Shown here in pieces: positions 54,501 to 57,925 of a DNA stretch of 57,925 nucleotides. The notes beneath the pieces are model-generated. The model was not told the origin of the DNA. It did not search any database and was given only the letters and a program-made list of their open reading frames with translations. The stretch comes from an uncultured virus (IMG/VR IMGVR_UViG_3300050821_019438) (lineage: Duplodnaviria; Heunggongvirae; Uroviricota; Caudoviricetes), in IMG/VR virus record IMGVR_UViG_3300050821_019438. One strand, given 5' to 3'. Position numbers and translations under genes: made by a program. Each line of letters opens with the position of its first letter. Position 1 is the stretch's first letter.

Positions 54501-55560
54501 GAATCGACGGCGCGAACGCGTCTGGAATCGTTGGCGTCCACGTCGGCAGTGTCGGTTGTTCATCAACGACAAACGGCGCCCAATAAGTCTCTTCAATTGG
54601 CGCAGTGATCCACGGCGTCTCGAGTGGCACCCAAATCCAACCGGGAGGCTCTTCGAGTGGCAGGCTGCCGGCGAAGTCTTCCGAAACGGACGGAGCGAAC
54701 GCGTCCGGGATCGTCGGCGTCCAAATCCAACCAGGAGGCTCTTCGAGCGGCAGACTTCCTTGGAATTCCTCTGTGACAGGGACCGTTAGCCACTGCGCCT
54801 CGGGCGTCGTCCACGGCGGCGGAGATGTCTCTTCGAGTGCCGCGAGCACGATGACCACGTCCTCGGGAATGCTCGGCGCGAACGCATCAGGAATCGTCGC
54901 AGTCCAGGTCGGCAGCATGGGCTGCTCGTCGACGGTGAACGGGCCCCAGAACGTTTCCTCGATTGGGGCCGTGATCCAAGGCACTTCAAGAGGCACCCAG
55001 ATCCAACCGGGCGGCTCTTCGAGAGGCAAGCTGCCGGCGAAGTCTTCCGGGATGCTCGCAAAAATGCCGAACGGCTCAGGTGCGATCCATGTCGGCTGAT
55101 TCGGTTGTTCGTCAACATTGAATGGGCCCCAAAAGAGCTCTTCAAGAGGACGAACAATCCACGGTGTCTCGAAAGGAACCCAGACTTGTCCGGGAGGCTC
55201 TTCAAGAGGAAGGCTCCCAGCGAATTCTTCGCCTTGCGCCAACGTAGTAACGGGCGTGTCAATGAAAATGACCTCGGAATTGAGCGAGGTCTCTTCCGAA
55301 GGATGTGCGCCCGCGAAATCCTCGGCATACGAAAGCGCATTGATAGGTACGTCGATGAAAACGACTTCAGAATTGAGCGACGTCTCTTCAAGTGCTGCTG
55401 TTACCGCCGCGGTTGCAACGAAATCTTCACCTGCATAGGTCGTCCCGATGACAACGGGAGCGTCGATGATCGCCGCAACACCGCCCGCCGTTTCCTCGTG
55501 AGGATGCCGCTGGATATCGCTGATGGACTGGCCGGATACCGGCTGGCCGGGAAGCGACAT
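51523..55560 (-). CDS. Giant (1345 aa) acidic Trp/Pro/Glu repeat protein with C-terminal TM and NP-basic tail
   Basis: ~30-aa units such as EDFAGSLPLEEPPGWIWVPLEVPWITAPI and EEAYWAPFVVDEQPTLPTWTPTIPDAFAPSIP; poly-Pro; TM; KANPTRRKKP. Confidence 0.85.
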   Translation of the reverse strand: MSLPGQPVSGQSISDIQRHPHEETAGGVAAIIDAPVVIGTTYAGEDFVATAAVTAALEETSLNSEVVFIDVPINALSYAEDFAGAHPSEETSLNSEVIFIDTPVTTLAQGEEFAGSLPLEEPPGQVWVPFETPWIVRPLEELFWGPFNVDEQPNQPTWIAPEPFGIFASIPEDFAGSLPLEEPPGWIWVPLEVPWITAPIEETFWGPFTVDEQPMLPTWTATIPDAFAPSIPEDVVIVLAALEETSPPPWTTPEAQWLTVPVTEEFQGSLPLEEPPGWIWTPTIPDAFAPSVSEDFAGSLPLEEPPGWIWVPLETPWITAPIEETYWAPFVVDEQPTLPTWTPTIPDAFAPSIPEDFAGSLPLEEPPGWIWVPLEVPWIVRPIEELFWGPFNVDEQPNQPTWIPPEPFGIFASIPEDFQGSIPFDEAPGWPTWVAPESFGIFASIPEEFAGSLSLEEPPGWIWVPLETPWITYPINEDFAGFFLLDEQPTLPTWTPTIPDAFAPSIPEEFAGSLPLEEPPGWIWVPLETPWITAPIEEAYWAPFVVDEQPTLPTWTPTIPDAFAPSIPEEFAGSLPLEEPPGWIWVPLEVPWIVRPIEELFWGPFVVDEQPTLPTWTPTIPDAQFPSIPEEFAGFNPLDEQPTFSLVILDILPIATSGGEDFSGAHPTEEAGTFLWIANDLVPQAPTSPEEFQGSLPLEEPPAWIWTPTIPDAQFASIPEDFAGSLPLEEPPAWIWTPTIPDAQFASIPEDFAGSIPFDESPAWQWTATIPDAFAPSVPEEFNGALPLEEPPGWVAFTLETPWITAPIEEAYWAPFVVDEQPTLPTWTPTIPDAQFPSIAEDVSVGTNIFVDEQPNQPTWIAPEPFGIFASIPEDFEGSLPFEEPPGWVWVPLEVPWITYPIEEAYWAPFVVDEQPNQPTWIAPEPQGIFLAVPEEFAGSFAIDEQPTFSFILSELASTAFAGDEEFAGALPLEEPPGWQWASIEVPWITVTIDEEFAGALPLEESPGWIWTPTEAVWVAVPFVDEEFIQSLPVDEYAAWQWTAVDALFASPPVSEEFVPPTTPTIVDEYGSVLWIHEPLWVSIPTSGEDIVFTPTTTFIEEHGFPAPVFLKLYISLIGPQEEILPKKPTPPPPPPPPPPQPTRAQAGGAATGFGNWWREKVEEAWKHPFSPPDYDKLESLRRQVNEETGDSGYAEEPAFEAEYYVVEKPVYVAVETKGRETFTVIEVPAESDGPVVEYAPFDLPPIIDPSALTEEQRLAILEASDAFLGQLNEPMPPTTFFSSKIPLWVWVAGGALVLAAGIAIGVALTQPKPDVRVRVLPKANPTRRKKPAKKPRKPVKRRRR

Positions 55561-55563
55561 GCA

Positions 55564-56679
55564 TCACCACCAAGCGATATAAACGAGACCGGGGCCGCCC
55601 TGCCCACCGACACCGCTCGAGACACCGTTACCGTTGTTGACGACGCCGCCTCCGCCGCCGCCGCCAGAACCAATCCCGCCTGCGCCTCCGTTGCCTCCGA
55701 CAGATGAGGTCGTCGAGTCCGAACAGGAACCACCGCCACATCCGCCCGTGGAGATCCAAATAGAACCGCCGAGAGGAGGGCTGTAACCGGCTGTCCCAGG
55801 ATTGCCCGGGGCCGTAGTCGTGGAACCTGTTCCCCCTGTAAGCGTTGCAAATAGCAACGACGGAGAGACGATGTTTCCACCCGCGGTCGCGGTACCCGCA
55901 GCGGCCTTGGATGAGCCTCCACCTGCGCCCCCGCTGCAAAACAACGACGTCGCCCACGTGATGTTGCTTCCTGCCGCGGGAGTGGTTCCGTTGCCGCCGG
56001 CAGCACCTCCTGAGCCGGCGAGCACATTGAAAATGGCGAAGCTCGTAGCTCCTGATCCTCCTGAGAAAGCGGTCTCAGCTCCACCACCCGCCGCCGCACC
56101 TCCGACCGTTCCTCCCGCCCCTCCAGAAGCGGCTACTCCGCCCGAGGAGACGATGACATCGGCATCCCCAGCGAAAGCGAGGTATGTCGCCGAAACGCTG
56201 GAGATCACGCCAGCCAATCCGGGATTGCCCGCTACGTTCGTCGTTGTTTGAGCGGCTCCGCCAGGACCGCCAGCTCCTGCAAAGAACCAAATCTGATCCG
56301 GGAAGAACTTCGCCGGAACCAAGAACCTCGTGATCGCTCCCGATGCTCCACCCCCTCCGCCTCCGGTCCCGTTTCCGTTCGTACCTGTCGCGCCGGACCC
56401 TCCACCCGATCCAGATCCGACCAAGACCAACATCACCATCGAAGCGTTCGACGGTTTCTTCCACGTCTCCACGGGTTGCCCGTTCGAAGCGAGGCCCGTC
56501 CCGATCGTATATACCTCTTGAGCTCGCCTCGGATTGAACATCCCAGGGTCGCCGTCAATCGCCTTGAGCCGGCGCATCTCCGCGAGCTGCTGATGGAGAA
56601 AGAACGACCGAAGAGGTTTAGTATGAACCTCTCGAATGATCTCTCTTCGTGGAACCCAGATAAGCGGGTGGCCCATCAC
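55564..56679 (-). CDS. Glycine-rich virion/fibre-like protein
   Basis: TWKKPSNA..V...LVGSGSGGGSG...GGGGG; ends GGQGGPGLVYIAWW. Confidence 0.75.
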   Translation of the reverse strand: MMGHPLIWVPRREIIREVHTKPLRSFFLHQQLAEMRRLKAIDGDPGMFNPRRAQEVYTIGTGLASNGQPVETWKKPSNASMVMLVLVGSGSGGGSGATGTNGNGTGGGGGGASGAITRFLVPAKFFPDQIWFFAGAGGPGGAAQTTTNVAGNPGLAGVISSVSATYLAFAGDADVIVSSGGVAASGGAGGTVGGAAAGGGAETAFSGGSGATSFAIFNVLAGSGGAAGGNGTTPAAGSNITWATSLFCSGGAGGGSSKAAAGTATAGGNIVSPSLLFATLTGGTGSTTTAPGNPGTAGYSPPLGGSIWISTGGCGGGSCSDSTTSSVGGNGGAGGIGSGGGGGGGVVNNGNGVSSGVGGQGGPGLVYIAWW

Positions 56680-56927
56680 GCCCTCTTGCGAGCAATATCG
56701 TGACTCATCTCATGAACCGCTTGGTCGACGGGCTTGAGGAGCTCTTTCCAGTGAGGCCCTCGTGCATAAGTCGCGTGCACCGAGGGTCGACAGAGAATGA
56801 CGATCGCCGTCGTGCCCGGCGGAAGCTCGGGGTCAGCAATGATCGCATCTACGAGATTCTTCGCGTGCGCTTGAAGACGATGCCCGAAGACCACGTCGGT
56901 CATCTCATCATGGGTCGCCGCGCTCAT
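56676..56927 (-). CDS. Hypothetical protein
   Basis: Abuts or overlaps both neighbours. Confidence 0.5.
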   Translation of the reverse strand: MSAATHDEMTDVVFGHRLQAHAKNLVDAIIADPELPPGTTAIVILCRPSVHATYARGPHWKELLKPVDQAVHEMSHDIARKRA

Positions 56928-57376
56928 CAGTAGCTCACCGCAAAGGGAACTGCGATCCACTGCGTGCTCGCTGCGGGAGCCGCGTGGTTCGTCACGAGGA
57001 GAAAGCCTCCGGACGGAACCTCGAAATCGAGAGGCCGATCAAAGCTAGGGAGCGACACAGTGGCGGAGTCCGCAGTAAGGGCGGGCAAATTGACCTCGTC
57101 GATCAGGAACGTGTTGGCGCTCGTCGTCGCGCCAGATCCAACCGTCGAGTAGAAAATTCGTCCAACCGTACCTGTACTTCCCGTTCCAGCGACCGACGCG
57201 GTGAGCTGCCAACGAATCTTCGACACGAGCGTGCCATTCGCTCCTCCCGTAACGCAAAGGAAGTTGCTCGTTCCGACCGTACCGCCGCCCTCCGAGCTCG
57301 TGTTCGCCGCGGTGACCGCGACGGGAGTACAGACAGCAGTGAGACCAAAACGCGGAAGGGTGTTCGGACTCGACAT
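56927..57376 (-). CDS. Putative virion beta-sandwich protein
   Basis: GANGTLVSKI...TVGRIF...LIDEVNLPA. Confidence 0.65.
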   Translation of the reverse strand: MSSPNTLPRFGLTAVCTPVAVTAANTSSEGGGTVGTSNFLCVTGGANGTLVSKIRWQLTASVAGTGSTGTVGRIFYSTVGSGATTSANTFLIDEVNLPALTADSATVSLPSFDRPLDFEVPSGGFLLVTNHAAPAASTQWIAVPFAVSY

Positions 57377-57380
57377 GGCT

Positions 57381-57725
57381 TCACTTCCTCAAGAGGTGCA
57401 TCGACATCGCAGCCGCGACTCCCTTGTCAGCGACCTGGAACGCAGCGTGCGTGACGAATACGACGCTGTTGCCGGTGAGCGAGACGAGTGCGCCCGCGTT
57501 GCTCGAGGCAAAGACAGAATCACGCGTCAACGTCGTCGACGCGGACAGCGTACCACGACCCACCTCCCATCCGGCCGGACCGTAAATGGCGTAGTAGACG
57601 ATCTGTCCGACCGCGAAGGCCGATGCCCATGTCTGGTACGTCTGATCGATGGCTCCAGCCAACGTCAGAGAGCCCGTGCCTGTCGTCGCGGTGTTCTCGG
57701 CGACTCTGTCGGCGTAGCCCGACAT
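57381..57725 (-). CDS. Putative virion structural (fibre-base-like) protein
   Basis: ADRVAE..ATTGTGSLTLAGA...YYAI...WEVGRGT...LTRDSV.ASSNAGALV. Confidence 0.7.
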   Translation of the reverse strand: MSGYADRVAENTATTGTGSLTLAGAIDQTYQTWASAFAVGQIVYYAIYGPAGWEVGRGTLSASTTLTRDSVFASSNAGALVSLTGNSVVFVTHAAFQVADKGVAAAMSMHLLRK

Positions 57726-57728
57726 GAC

Positions 57729-57925
57729 TCAGCGCCTCTTGGAGGGCGTTCTCCTCAGCACCACCACGCCGTCCGGCGACTCTTCGACAGTCGCTACGCC
57801 GACCTCGCGCAAGCGACCGCCCTTCGTGACGGCGTAGTCCACGATGGTGCCGGACGCGAACGCCAGCGAGAACGTCTCGTAAGACGTCCCCGCCAGCGTG
57901 ACCGTGCCGGTCGCTGCCCGCGACA
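57729..57925 (-). CDS. Partial ORF, paralog of 57381-57725
   Basis: TGTVTLAGTSYETFSLAFASGTIVDYAV...REVGVAT; runs off the window end. Confidence 0.55.
   Translation of the reverse strand, partial: SRAATGTVTLAGTSYETFSLAFASGTIVDYAVTKGGRLREVGVATVEESPDGVVVLRRTPSKRR

Noticed and set aside
52380..55400. Long DNA repeat array as CRISPR or DGR template/variable repeats
   Set aside because: Repeats are in-frame units of one ORF with synonymous variation; no unique spacers, cas genes or reverse transcriptase are seen

Overview
GC-rich, densely packed window, mostly on the minus strand, that reads as part of a virus or phage-plasmid genome. Myxobacterial-style lipoproteins and TPR proteins suggest a Myxococcota (Polyangiales-like) host; this is inference. 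No capsid, terminase, portal, packaging ATPase or polymerase gene is recognisable here. Layout: (1) 0.1-5 kb: lysozyme-like protein, GT2-TPR glycosyltransferase and a pro-domain-less S53 protease. (2) 5-13 kb: accessory island with a DNA methyltransferase, tiny genes separated by a recurrent RTGCGCGC junction motif, and an operon of two non-canonical tRNA-like genes, a 699-aa YfaP-like protein, a partner, an HTH protein and a DEDDh exoribonuclease, behind a promoter covered by four 10-bp-phased CAASTTG boxes. (3) 13-37 kb: lysins, DUF1643, Tad2-like, degenerate HNH, TPR, ComM/YifB, a DUF3560-methyltransferase fusion and a Ycf46-like AAA ATPase module. (4) 37.3-39.7 kb: ori-like non-coding region and a tyrosine recombinase with an adjacent dif/lox-like 11-6-11 site. 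(5) 40-58 kb: putative virion region with about a dozen proteins built as 'variable domain - NP - capped TM helix', two paralogous spike-like proteins, GT32, a basic protein and a 1345-aa acidic Trp/Pro repeat protein. The best candidates for undescribed systems are the NP-TM family (possibly with the S53 protease), the tRNA-mimic operon and the RTGCGCGC cassette array. All family calls come from motifs recognised by eye; no searches were run. Many starts were moved from the ORF track to RBS- or overlap-supported codons.
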